A DNA stretch of 64,000 nt, from positions 9,672,001 through 9,736,000 of the forward strand of contig OZ176050.1 of the NCBI GenBank assembly GCA_964247055.1, written 5' to 3'. Both the position numbers and the translations under genes were made by a program. The notes under the pieces were generated by a model. That model did no database searches, was not told where the DNA came from, and saw only the letters and a program-made list of their open reading frames with translations. Source of the DNA: Paragordius varius. Its lineage: Eukaryota > Animalia > Nematomorpha. Below are positions 47,690-60,500 of this stretch, in pieces (position 1 is the first letter of the stretch; the number at the start of each line of letters is the position of its first letter).

Positions 47690-48249
47690 CACTTGGATAC
47701 AACACATTCATTTTAGTCCTTTGATTCAAATTGGGTTAGTTAAATACCCCATTCCTGTTTAAAATTGAATTCTTTAAAAAATATGGAAGAAATCGAAACC
47801 ATGGCAAAATATAACATTAATAAACGGAAATATATAAAAATTTTATTCAAAAATACTTGATATTACTTATTTTAAGCTAAAACCGAAAAGTAAAAATTTA
47901 GTCAACGTGACATGTGTGCAATGGTAAAATTAAAAAATAATATAAAATAAACCGCTTTTTCTGTTTCTATCAATGTTAGATGTAATTTAAATAAAAAATT
48001 AGCTTTAATTTCACCCTTAAAATTAAATGAAGACGATTTGCAAAAATTTTGCATAATAAAAACGGCGTCGAAGTAGTGGAACTTTTTTTTCAAAACAAAA
48101 TTTTATTTAGTTTTTTTGGCATATTTATATAATTTTTATTACGATAGAAACATTAAATTAAATTGTGACCGTTTCCTTCAGTAGTTTTTTAAAAATCTTA
48201 ACTCAAATTTAGTCTGGGATATTTAGATACTCCAATTTGAATCGAAGTG
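47690..48249. mobile_element. TTAA-flanked (piggyBac-like) MITE
   Basis: TTAA|CACTT...AAGTG|TTAA with subterminal inverted repeat gattcaaattggg / ccaatttgaatc. Related copies at ~51340-51863 and ~52159-52712 and an end fragment at ~41025-41090. Confidence 0.75.
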
Positions 48250-49359
48250 TTAAGAAGACTACCCCATTTTACAAGAGCAAAATATTTTAGGACTTTCGGG
48301 CATCTAATAAATAAAATTTTTGAAAACGTTTTGTTTTTAATATGTAGTTTGAAGATATTTTTGGGATATTTTTTGGAATGAAGCCCCCTCTAGCTTTAAG
48401 CAAATAAATTTTTCAAAATATGTGCGCGAATAGTGTCATTTTCTGATACGAACTTATCACAAAAGTTTAAATAACCATCTTAAATCACTCGTAAGGGCCA
48501 CAACCAAAGCACCATGATAATCCTGATGCATTTTCCTATCAGAAATTTCATCAGGTTTTTGACACTTTGTTATTTATTAAAATATTGTTTTTTATATTTT
48601 TTAGTGATATATTTAAATGAATTTACCTTTCATTTAAACAAATTTTTTTAGCAAGATATGTGCAAATTTAGCCTTGATATGTTTACTAATCACAAGAGTA
48701 ACAAATTTCTTTTATGACTGTGCTGCCGAAAACCATAAGAACCATCATACACCTCATTTACTTACAATATATTTATCAATATATATTAATAGCCCCGATT
48801 TTTTGCGCTATGTTACGTCAAGTATAATTACAAAATTAAATTTAATAGGAGGGAAAATCTGGAACGAAAAAAATTTTTAAGCGGATAATTTTGATAAATG
48901 AATTGACATTTTTTTAAAAAAAATTATTTTTTAAATGAATTGACATTTTTTTAAAAAAAATTATTTTTTAAATGCTACAAAAATATGGAAAACATTATTA
49001 TCAAAATATCTATAAATTTCGTTTCATATTTAAGTGCTATCCCAAAAGTAGTCATATAATATCATTCAAAACTAATAAAATATTAGCTTTTTAAATTTTT
49101 TAAAAAATATTGATAAATTGGGTTGTTTGTTATGTGCACTTGATAAAATTGTACCAATAAAATTGTTTTTAAGACATAATCCAAAACATCAATTAAGTTT
49201 CGTATTTTTAATAAATTGCTCGAAACCTAAATCTATATTTATTGATATTACAAATAAATTATTCTGCTTTAAGCTTTTCCAATAAATAATTTATACATTT
49301 TTATAACATTTTGGTCTTCTTTGTCTCTATATTCCATATGATTGTTGTCTATCATCGAC

Positions 49360-50010
49360 ATGCGAGAATATAAAGTAGTTGTTCTGGGAAGTGGTGGTGT
49401 CGGAAAGTCTGCATTAACTGTAAAATTTGTTACTGGAAAATTTATGGAAAAGTATGATCCCACAATAGAAGATTTTTATCGGAAAGAGATTCAAGTAGAC
49501 AATGCCCCTTGCTTGCTAGAAATATTAGATACTGCTGGAACCGAACAATTTGCGTCAATGCGAGATTTATACATTAAAAATGGTCAAGGTTTTTTAATAG
49601 TATATAGCATCACAAGTTCTCATACATTTAGAGATATTAAAAATATGCGCGATCAAATTCTTCGAGTCAAAGGTGGTAATGATAATACATTTGTACCCAT
49701 TCTTCTTGTTGGTAATAAGTATGATTTGCAACATCTTCGAGAAGTGCCTGCCAGCGAAGGCGCTCACCTTGCAGAAACATGGAATTGTCCATTTATTGAA
49801 GCCTCGGCCAAACACAATCACAATGTCAATGATGTTTTTGCTGAAATAGTGCGTGAGATGAGTTATAAACCACAAAAAATTAATCCATTAGTAAAGTTAT
49901 GTTGGTGCTGTACTCATTGTAATGAGGTATGTTGTACCTGTACATCAAAAAAATCTCCTAATTATATATCTCAAAAACATCACAAAAATAGTCATTGTAC
50001 CATAACATAA
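49360..50010 (+). CDS. RAP2: Ras-related GTPase Rap2, intronless, 216 aa
   Basis: [55 protein letters not shown] (Thr61 typical of Rap), NKYD, EASAK, terminal CAAX CTIT. Confidence 0.96.
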   Translation: MREYKVVVLGSGGVGKSALTVKFVTGKFMEKYDPTIEDFYRKEIQVDNAPCLLEILDTAGTEQFASMRDLYIKNGQGFLIVYSITSSHTFRDIKNMRDQILRVKGGNDNTFVPILLVGNKYDLQHLREVPASEGAHLAETWNCPFIEASAKHNHNVNDVFAEIVREMSYKPQKINPLVKLCWCCTHCNEVCCTCTSKKSPNYISQKHHKNSHCTIT

Positions 50011-50125
50011 ACTATCCTATAATGCAAATTATTTTTGAGAAAAAATATATTTAGACCAAATGACAACCGCATTTATAACATGCTTTTATATATTATATAC
50101 GAATATTTATCAATTAATAAATTTT

Positions 50126-50702
50126 TTAATTTATTTTCATATCTGATATATTAATGTTATTGTCCGATGGAGTTTCCCATGATGTTGTTTTGAAGCCAAT
50201 TGAAGACAGGATTTTTTGACTCAAATTTACCAAACACTAATATTTTAAAAAAATAATACTTTTAATGATTCTGGTTCATATATTGCTAGTAATGACAGGG
50301 ACCTGGAATTTAAGAGTATATTAGCCTTGAAAATTATTCTGATTTTTACCTTTTTTAATCCATGATTAAATTCATAAAGTGACATTCCATAATCAAATAG
50401 AGCTCCTGTTATGCGAGATTTATAGACCTAAAATAATTAAGTGTTAATACAGAGGAAACGATTTCACGAAAGACCTGTCTACCTCTTGTACTTTGAGATA
50501 ATTGGCGCTTAACTCTGCGCTTAGCAATGCCGTAGCAGTTGATTTCACGACCACGATATAACTATATAATTAAATAATGTACATTAGATAATCTAAGAAT
50601 CTGTTGCTTTTTGAAAAAGTGAACCCCCTCAAGTCCTTTGTTTAATTTTTTAGGCTTGAAATTGTATAATTGCCATCTCGCTAAAAAATTGGTAATATAC
50701 AT
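50126..50702 (-). CDS. MRPL20: Mitochondrial ribosomal protein L20 (bL20m), 5 exons, 161 aa
   Basis: Exons 50702-50583, 50561-50451, 50427-50350, 50325-50260, 50236-50126; introns 21, 23, 24, 23 nt. YRGREINCY, SRITGA...YG, NSRSLSLLAIYEPESLK match bL20 motifs (FRGRKNRCY, NRITAA..HG, NRKVLADLAIYEPKTFK). Start codon inferred. Confidence 0.88.
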
Positions 50703-51186
50703 GTGTGTAAGATCAATAAATGTTTTTTGTATGTAAAAATTGACATTTGATTTTTTATATGAAGTACATTTTAGCGTCATATTATATTATAATATTATAT
50801 AATTTCTAATTGTAAAAAATTAAATGAATTAATGCGCTTTTTTAGTAAATTCTGGATAAAAAATGAGCTGATTTTCGTTAAGATTTATTAAAATTGGCTG
50901 TCATTAGTTAAAAAGAACAGAGTTAACACTTGGCCACTTTATGCTTATCCCACTATTTAATTCGTTTTCGTTGCTAGTACAACATTATATCGTAATATTA
51001 TTTTTGATGTCTAATATAATAAATCGGTATCTCGCTTGCCATTTGTCATTTTTTGATTTTAACTTATCATAAATCATTAATTTTTGGGCGCCTTATATCG
51101 ATTATTTACACATTTAGCATATCATATATTTATATTTAGTATTATACGTTCCATTGAATATGTTTTTAGAAGCTCTAAGAATAATT

Positions 51187-51283
51187 GACGTCCCCCTGCC
51201 CTGAGGCGCGTAAAAGCGTAGGAAGGCGGTAAGGGTCGTCCTGTGCGGACAGTGACGGTAAGGAGCAAGCCTGTCACACCCTT
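51187..51283. other. Isolated GC-rich (~63%) structured segment of unknown identity
   Basis: 60 G+C in 95 nt within very AT-rich flanks; several pairable stems; not matched to any family by eye. Confidence 0.4.
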
Positions 51284-51339
51284 TTCTGCATACCTGGATA
51301 AAACACATTTATTTCAGTCCCCCGATTTAAATTAAGGTA

Positions 51340-52712
51340 ATTGGATACCCCAGGCCTGTTTAAAATTAAATTCTTTAAAAAATATGAAAGGAATTAAAAC
51401 CATGGCAAAATTTTGCACCTATATAACATTAATAAACCGAAATATTAAAAAAAAAAATATTCAAAAATACTTGATATTACTTATTAAGCCAAAACCGAAA
51501 GTAAAATTTTGTCAAAATGACATGTGTGAAATGGTAAAATTAGAAAATAATACAAAATAAACCGCTTTTTCTACTTTTATTAATGTTAGATGTATAAATA
51601 AAAAATTAGCTTTAATTTTACCCTTAAAATTAAATGAAGACGATATTTTGCAAAAATTTTGTAAAATAAAAATGGCGTCGAAGTTTGACATGGTACTTTT
51701 TTTTCAAAACTAAATTTTATTTAGAAATTTTGGCATATTTATATAATTTTTATTAGGATAGAAGCATAAATTTAAATTGGGGCCGTTTCCTTCAGTTGTT
51801 TTTTAAAAATCCTAATCTAAATTAAGTCTGGTGTATTTAGGTACCCCAATTTGAATCGAAGTGTTAATGTAAATCTACATTTCCATTGTCTAAGTTTTTA
51901 ATTTAACAAAATTTGAGGGGTAAAATGAAGCAAGTATATTTAAATTTTGCCTACTGTAGGTAAAAACCAAAAGTATCATGTGTCTATGTATTTTTATATA
52001 AATGGGGTCGAAGACACCAGGCCTGTTCAAAATCATAAATCAGATTTTCAATTTATTTAAGATTGAGGCACCGAAATATAGAAAAAATATCGGAAATCCC
52101 TGGTGGATCATGTACTAAAAAATAGACAGCATAATGTGATCGCATCAAATTTTAGTAATTGGATACAACGCATTCATTTTAGTCCTTCGATTCAAATTGG
52201 GGTTGTTAGATACCCCAGGCTTGTTTAAATATGATATTTTAAAATATGGAGTATATTAAAACGATGGCGAAAGTTTGCACTTATATGACATTAATGAACC
52301 GAAATATAGAATATTCATACGAAAATACTTCATATTGCTCATTCAGGGGTAAAACAGAAAGGTAAAATTTTAGCCAAGATGACATGTGTGCACAAAAAAA
52401 TACAAAAATGATAAATATACCATTTGTTTATACCTATTTTAAATATGATTTTAATAAAGAGTAAACTTAATTTTAGGCTAAGAATAAATAAACACGATAT
52501 TTTGCAAAAATGCAAAGTAAAATTGGCGTCGAAGTAGTTTGATATGGAACTTTTCTTCAATAAATTTTATTTAGATATTTTGGCTTATTTATATGATTTT
52601 TATTAGGATAGAAGCAAAAAATAAAATTAGAACCGTTTCTTTCAGTAGTTTTCTATGAACAATTTAAATATTGTCCGGGGTATTTAGATACCCCAATTTG
52701 AATCGAAATTTT
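51340..52712. mobile_element. Two more copies of the TTAA-type MITE (about 51340-51863 and 52159-52712)
   Basis: Colinear with 47690-48249 (catggcaaaa, ggcgtcgaagt, ccgtttccttcagt, ccccaatttgaatcgaa). Confidence 0.75.
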
Positions 52713-53439
52713 AATGCAAATTTAACCATTTTGTACGCCAAAGTAGAGGGTTTTAATAAAAAAATTCCATTTAGTGGTATAATATAATATACAGGATATT
52801 TTGATAAAACTGTGATATAAAAATAACTGTCGAGTAATGTATGGAACTTTTGGCTTGAAACTATTTATAAATGGCTTATATTATTTTATTTTTAAGTAAG
52901 CAATATCTTAAATTTAAACTGCCGTTTTAATTAGTATCTCTTAAAGTCAGTAAGGTAGACAGTTAACCAAATTAAAATTGAGTCGAATTAGAATCAGTAT
53001 TTTAAAATTTTTTTGTTGGATTAGTTATATTATTTTATGTATCATATACTATACACTGCGTCAAATCGGGGTTGATGAAATATATATATTAATAAAAATG
53101 TATCAGCATTATCAAGGTGCTTTCAGTTTTGGCCCTTACTAGTGAATTAAGAAAGTTTACACTTTTGTTGTAACAGCTCCAGATCAGAAAAGGTCAAAAA
53201 TTGTGGACATTTTGTTATTAAATTTTTTTGGTCAAAGCTGAAGGCTTCCTTCCAAAAAAATTACAAAATATATTATTAAATACATATAAAAAGAGAAACA
53301 GTAAATTTATTATTAATTATGTACGCACCAAAAGTCTAAAATTTTTACCCTCAATATCAATTCTGTTCGGTCGCACATGTAGCGCCGAATCAATGGAATA
53401 ATATCTATCTTTTTCTTACTTTAATTAGCCTAATTTTTG

Positions 53440-56103
53440 GGTGAGAGAATTAAATTCAAACCAAGGACAGTATTTTTTAATTGCAAAGAATCCAATTAAA
53501 CATTTTGGGCACTGAAACCCAGTACAAGCGCAATGGTGTTTTATATAATAAAGAAAATTGTATTTATATGTCTAAACATGAAGATATAAGGAGGGAGGGT
53601 GTTAGTGTTTATTAAATAAAGATTATAATAAATATGTAAATTCGTTTAATTTATACGATTCTAGAATCATGAGCATCAGATTTAATGCTAGCCCAGTTAA
53701 CTTAACATATATCATTGTGTATGCCCCTACAGCGGACTCCGAACAAGAAAAAATAGATGCATTTTACGAATAGTTCCAAGACTTAATAAACTCTGTACCT
53801 AAAAAGGATATGATAATAGGTGGTGATTAGAATAGTAAGGTTGGAAATCAAGAGTATGACACCATAGTGGGAACACGGATTAGGAAGCTGGTGAACGATT
53901 GATAGAATTCTGTATGATTAATCAAATGTTTGTTGTGACATGGTATAAAAAAAGACGGTTATGCACCTGGACCTCCTGTGGGAAAAATTAAAAACCAAAT
54001 AGATAATTTTATAGGACAACAAAAATGGAAAAGTTTTTCATAAATGCTAAAAGCAAGAAAGGTTGTGACTGAAGATCACTAACTATTAATAACAACAATT
54101 AAAACGTACATAAAACCCCTGAAGAAAGAAAAAGAAGACAAATACAAAGTAGAACGAATCCCTTTAGAATATAAGATAGAAGTAACCAATAGATTTGTAC
54201 TAGCTAAGACAGAAAATAATTCAGAAAACCAATGGAATAGTAAAAAACAATAATTCACGAGACAGCACTCATATAAAAAGGGTTATCAGCTGACTCTATA
54301 AAAATAATTTAAAAAAGAAGAAGAATTAAGAAAAGAGGAGAAATGGATATGGTTAAAAAAATAAAATCCCATACTCCAGAGATACAAAAGGAAGGACCTG
54401 GAGGAAAACTGGAATGAACAATTTACGATTATTGAGGAAGCAAACCGAAAAGGCTTAAGTAAACCTATGTTCCAAACCATCAAAGAGTAACAAACGAATA
54501 CCCACTTCCAAACATTAAAATTAATGATAATGAAGAAAAGATCTTGAAGACGGAAATAGAAATTTAAAGATGGGAAAGTTACACCAAACAGCTATATAGT
54601 GCACACCCAGGTGCAAACGATAGACAAATATAAGGGAATGCGGATGATGAGTTATGTAAATTGGAAGCAGAGGTAATAAAAGCTTTAAAATCGATACCAA
54701 TAAGGAGAGCTGCTGGAATAGATGTGATTACCTTGGAATTAATAAGAGATATACCTCGGTTACACATAGATTGTGTTAGGAAGTATGTCAGATCTTTGGC
54801 CAAAAGGCTGGCAAGCTTCACTATTTATCCCAGTCTTTAAAAAGGGAGATAAATCAAATTGCGAGTATAGATACATAGCTCTCATTAATTATGCAATCAA
54901 AATTTTATTGAACCAGATCTGATTACATCAAGTGATAGTCAAGGAGATTCAAGATGTTCAAGCAGGATTTATGAAAGGGTGCAAGATATCACATCTCAAA
55001 CGTGAGACGCATAATCCATGTGAAGAATATCAAGTTGCGTTAGTAATATGTTTTATTGATTATACCCAAGCTTTTGACTCGATTAATTATGGCTTTTTAC
55101 CGTGAAGTTTGGAAGCAATTGGAGTCACAGCAAAGCTTATAACCTTGCTCAAAAATATATATGACCAAAAAGCCATAATTCAAACCCCAATGGAACCAAT
55201 GAAATTTTTACACAGAAAGGTGTTAACATTAGACAAGGATGTTGCCTCTCACCATACTTGTTAAATATTACAGAAATGACGATGAGAAAAGTAGATGAAG
55301 CTACTGAAAAGCCTAAGGATAGGAAGGAGAAGGTTTAACAATCTAATATTCGCAGAAGATAAGACACTGATCGCAGATAATGTATAAAGTTTAAATAATA
55401 TGATAAGGTTAGTAAGGAAGAAAATAAAAGATATGAATTGAACCTCATTCCTAAGAAAACCAAAGTTTGAGTTTATTAAAAAATAATCCTAATTATATAA
55501 CCATAGACTACACCCCAGTAGAAGTGGTAAAAGAAAACCTACGCTTAGGCTCTCTAATAGATATCAACGGCTCCTCCACACCAGATATTAACCGCATAGC
55601 ATTAGGGAAGTCAGCTGCGAACAAGTTAACTAAATTATGGAAAAGTAAGGATATCAATATGAAAACGAAATGAGAGTAATGAAATGCATGGTTTTTCTGG
55701 TAGCGACTTATGCTGCCGAAAGTTGTACACGAAAACAGAATGATAAAAAAAGAATTGCAGCATTTGAAATGTGGTGTTGGATGAGAATGTGGAATATTAA
55801 TGGTCTGACAAGGTTGAGAATGGAACAATAAGAGAAAAATTGAATATTGAGAGTCACTTAACGGAGCTATAATAAAAAGAAAGTTCACGTACATCGGTCA
55901 CATTTTAAGAATTACATATCTTGAGAAGGACTTGATTTTTGGAAAAGTTGAAGGGAATGGAAAAAAAGGAAGACGGTTATTAAGATGGCTGGATACTGTT
56001 AAGAAAGAATCTGGTAGATGTATATGGAAAAGAGACAAGTAGAGAAAATTCGTCATTTTAATTTCCAAGGGGTCGAACTCGACTTAAGGAATTACCTACC
56101 TAC
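53440..56103 (+). mobile_element. Near-full-length degenerate RTE/BovB-like LINE (endonuclease + RT)
   Basis: RIMSIRF, VYAPTAD, CFIDYTQAFD, RQGCCLSPYL, YAAESCT, RIAAFEMWCWMR, GKVEG..KKGR; 3' end ggggtcgaactcgactta...(ctac)n; many stops. Confidence 0.85.
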
Positions 56104-57018
56104 CCTTCATGTTTGATATTATTTTTTTTTTAATGTGCTAAATTTGACTTCGAATAAAAATATTTTTAAAATAATTATTTTTTGATAAAATCCCTTTGTT
56201 GAAGTGCACTTAATAATATTCTGAGGCATAATAAAAACGGTATAACAACCCTTTAAGATATCAAACCACATTATCTATAATCAATGATGGTGAACATTAA
56301 AATTTACGAACAAATTATTTAAAATATTGATTGTGTATTTTTAAAAAAATTACCTATATAGGAAAGCAAAAAAATCTTTAAAAAATTCTGAGGTGTGATA
56401 ATTTTTAAATCATCGAATTGTAATAAAAAATGTTTTTAAACAGCATGAGTAAATATACATTGCTATAAAGATATTAATTATTGCAAAATAGTAAATACAA
56501 CAAAAGCAGTATTATTGGATTATAGTTATTTTTTCGCTTTTTATTATTATTAGCCAATAATACTGCCCTCTTCTGTATTTACTATTCAATAATTAATAAC
56601 TTTCTAGCAATGTTTACTGACTCATACTGTAATATCTTAAACTTTTATATTGTTTCCATCATGCCTCAGTATAGTATGAAGTATGTTTTTAAAAAATTTA
56701 TTAATTAAAATATTGGCCAAAATATCCCTTTTTTCTGAAATAACTTTTTTAAAGTGAAAATTTGTCATATTAAAATTTTTACCACACTGAGAGAAGCGAA
56801 AAAAATGGGAGTTTCGGAGCCCACATCTAAAATAAAATTTTATAAAAATATTTTTTTTGTTATATATACTTTATCATATATTGAATGAAGCTTTTAGCTT
56901 AAAAAATTTATTTAGCAGAATGTGCGCAATTTTGGCGATTTTCACTATTAGTTTAATCAAAATCCCAAGTACAGTATTTGGATTTTACAGCAGGAGTATT
57001 AAAAATTAATATGTTTAG

Positions 57019-57020
<2 letters not shown>

Positions 57021-57079
<59 letters not shown>
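57021..57079. repeat. (AT)n microsatellite
   Basis: Pure AT dinucleotide run; shorter runs near 16449-16480, 26393-26425 and 39626-39659. Confidence 0.95.
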
Positions 57080-57082
<3 letters not shown>

Positions 57083-57531
57083 GTCAAATGCAATAAATAT
57101 CTTATAACAATCAATAAATTTTATGATTAAGATGTGTAAACAATATAAAAACTAAACTAAGTAGTGAACTTTGGTTAATAAATTTAAAATTTTTGGGTTA
57201 CGAGAATGAGCATTATGAATAAGCCGGCATATATTTTATCCATATTTTTCTCCTATTTTTAAGATAATTATGTGTTAATCAACTATCTCAATTTTATAGC
57301 ATATGACATCTAAGCCAAGCTGCACTTTCGCCAAAAGACATGGCGCATACATAAGATGGTCCTTCGCCGAATTCCAGACAATAAATTAGGGTTAAGTTCA
57401 ATTGTATCTTGCTATTAGGAAAAATAGTATATTATTTATTGCTCAAAAACACAAGTCTGGAAGCATTATAATAATTTATACAGAATAAGCAAATAGATAT
57501 TTATAAATATTCGAATGTTGTCATTAATTTC

Positions 57532-60500
57532 TTATGTTGTTTTCCAACTTGGAACGTTAGTTAAATCGATCGGTTTTCGATTATCATACAAAGATGGAGC
57601 TTGTAATATTATACCACATGTACCAAGAACACATGATAATGTAAATATCCAAAGAAATAAACGATCCAATACCATGGCTATATATTTCCAATCTTCTTTA
57701 ATCTGAATAAATATGTTTGGAAAACATTAAAATATTTTGTAAACTATATTTTTAAAACGACTCTACCCTAAATTTTTGTTTTTATTATGTCTATCTATAT
57801 ATATGTTCAAACCTGATTGCATTCGTCTTCATGCCTCAGATGCTCAGCTATGAAATGCACCCCTTCAATGGCTAACTCAATTTCGGAGGCTGGGAATTTA
57901 TCCAGGTCAAAACTATCTTCAAAAGAACTTTTAGGATTGTTTTCCCATTTCGCTACAGCGACATCCTTGCTTCTGGCCTTTGAGACATCTTCGTCATATT
58001 CGCTTTTTAATCCTGATTGTTGTGGACTGTAATATCAATAATTTATATTGTTAAGGACGAATCATTATTGTAAATAAGAATAGGGGGATCAGCACTTTGT
58101 TATTATAGTTTTTTATTAACGAATCTGGTTTTTGATTTGGTTCATTGTTGACTTAACCTAATCTCGCAACCAAATTCGGACAAAACTGGATAAAATGTCT
58201 CAAAACTATGAATAAATAAACACTATTTGTGGTAGGCTGCTTTTCCTAAAAATCCAAAAGCGTGCTTGACAAAAAAATAAAAAGTAGGGTTCATCTTGTT
58301 CCAAAAATTGTAACAACGGATATCAAAAACTTTTTTAAACCGTTTGTAGAAATTTTATTTGGTCTTAAAACGGATCAAAAGGATAATAGTTTCGGTTCCA
58401 ATCTCTAGTAAAAACACAAAATGAGACAATATTAGAAGTAAAACTAGAATATTATTGGATAAATACTGACAGAAATTCATTAAAGATCAGCTACCCTAGA
58501 GGTATTAGTTATAAACAAATAATTAAAAACTGTCAAGAAGATAAGAGATACATCCGGGGTATTAAGGAAAATATGGTGCAGAAAGCTTAGATCAGGAGTG
58601 GCCAACACAAATGGCTTCGCGGGCCACATTTTAGGATCGAAAATTCCGACGGGCCGCATTCGCAAAATATATGGGAATTAACAAATATTTTATTATATTT
58701 CAAACATTAGAGGTAGACTGTAAAAACTAATATTAATTTTAACAATTTCTGATAATTCATTGACAATATACGGTTAGATTTATTCAGAAATTTGTTTAAA
58801 AAAATTTTTAGATTTTGTAAAATTTTATGGTTCAAATTTTTCGCGGGCTGCAAAAATATTTTGAAGGGGCCCATGTTGACACCCCTGCCTTAGATATTTG
58901 AAGGAAAAGGAATGAAAAGGGCAATGATTACAAAGTTAGCAAGAGGGAAGGGAAACTACATGGCTCATCTACAACAAAACGAGTCTTTTGAATTCATTTT
59001 TATTAACATTTTATTTATAACCAATCTGAAGGATGGAGTGTTATTATTCCTCATTGTTTAGATAAATCATACAAATTACATTTATCCAAATGACTTCAAC
59101 CCGCTCAAATATTTTTAACATGTCGATGATAAGATAGAAATAGATAAATTATTGATTGAATATATCAAAACAATGGGCTAAAATTATTTTCTTTATCTTC
59201 ACTAGAGTTTTTGGCGCCATCCTCCTATATAATTGTAAATTAATAAGTATTGGGCTATTATATATTTTCTATAAAAATTATATTTGGAGGTAGCATAATA
59301 ATCATATTGTTCATTAAAATATGGATACAATTTTAATATATTAAATTCTGCCGTTAACGGATTAAAAAGGATATTGAAAACTAGGCAAATTACTTTTTAC
59401 TTTTATTATATTAAAAAAAATGTTTCTGCTAGAAAATCCGTAAATAATAGATATAAATAATTTGAAATAATAACCGCAATCTTGCTCCATAACCATAGTT
59501 ATAAAATTCGTTGGGATCGTTTCGGCCCCCTGTTTTCATCATTACAATAGGATCGTCTGTAGAACCTGAGAAGAACGGTTGTTGACTACTATTGTACAAA
59601 CCTATTTGGAGATGGGTGCAATAAGATAGTCTCGATTAGTCGTACAAAGTAAATGATTCATTCAAATATAATTTTAACGTTGACACTACAACTTTAAAAA
59701 TTGTTAAAGTTGGATATTTTTACCTCTATATGTATAAAACGGATGTAAATCCGAATTGTTATTAACGTGCATAGCTCCATCAAAGGAAGAAAACTGATTC
59801 TTTCCAAGCGCAAATTGGGTTGAGCCTATGGATTCGGAACCATGCAAGCCTCTGTTTTTACCCATTTCGGTCGAGGCTTTTTTTGCTTTAGATGTGGAAA
59901 AAGTAATTCCACTTTCTCCTGAAGATGCTGAGAATTTTGATTTCCCTGATGGTTTAGCCGGTTTTCCAGCTTCAGATCTTTGACAATTATACAGAATACG
60001 AGTAAGTTAAACACTGTATAAAATTTATACCAATTTAAAAGCTAAAATTTAAATTTTCACCCATTCCATCCGGATGTATGATCTCCAATTTTTACGACAC
60101 TCTCGGCATAAGTCGGTCCTGTTCTGGGTGGCCTTTTCATCATTAGCAAACGCGGGAGCCAATTAAGAAATATAGTTTTGACCCAGGGAGACATTTTCCG
60201 ATGAGTCGCAGGCGTTCGAAAATGCACATTTAACACTATTACAGTCACAAAGATTGACAAAGTAACGAGAATCATGGTAAAAAGTAAATATTTTCCTATT
60301 AGGGGAACAACCAAGCTTGTAGGTGGAATAATTTCAGCTAACAGTAGAAAAAAGACTGTCAGGGATAGCAATATCGATATACAGAGTGTTATTTTTTCAC
60401 CAGTGTCCGAGGGGAGATAAAATACGAGTACAGCCAGAAAAGAAATACCTAATACCAATAACATGTGTATAAATATGTATAAAAAAATTTATTTTTATAA

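Noticed and set aside
48895-48975. Short tandem duplication of ~37 bp (also one at ~10910-10970)
   Set aside because: Local slippage in AT-rich DNA with no further structure.
49342-49359. N-terminal extension of Rap2 in the ORF track
   Set aside because: Begins at TTG; the conserved MREYK start is at 49360.
53574-56114. 10-bp inverted repeat apparently flanking the long RTE
   Set aside because: The left copy lies inside the endonuclease reading frame (KHE), so it is not a terminus.
59860-59862. Earlier donor for nAChR exon 7
   Set aside because: Frame and coding-like composition continue to the donor at 59723; both give phase 1, so it cannot be excluded as an alternative but is not preferred.
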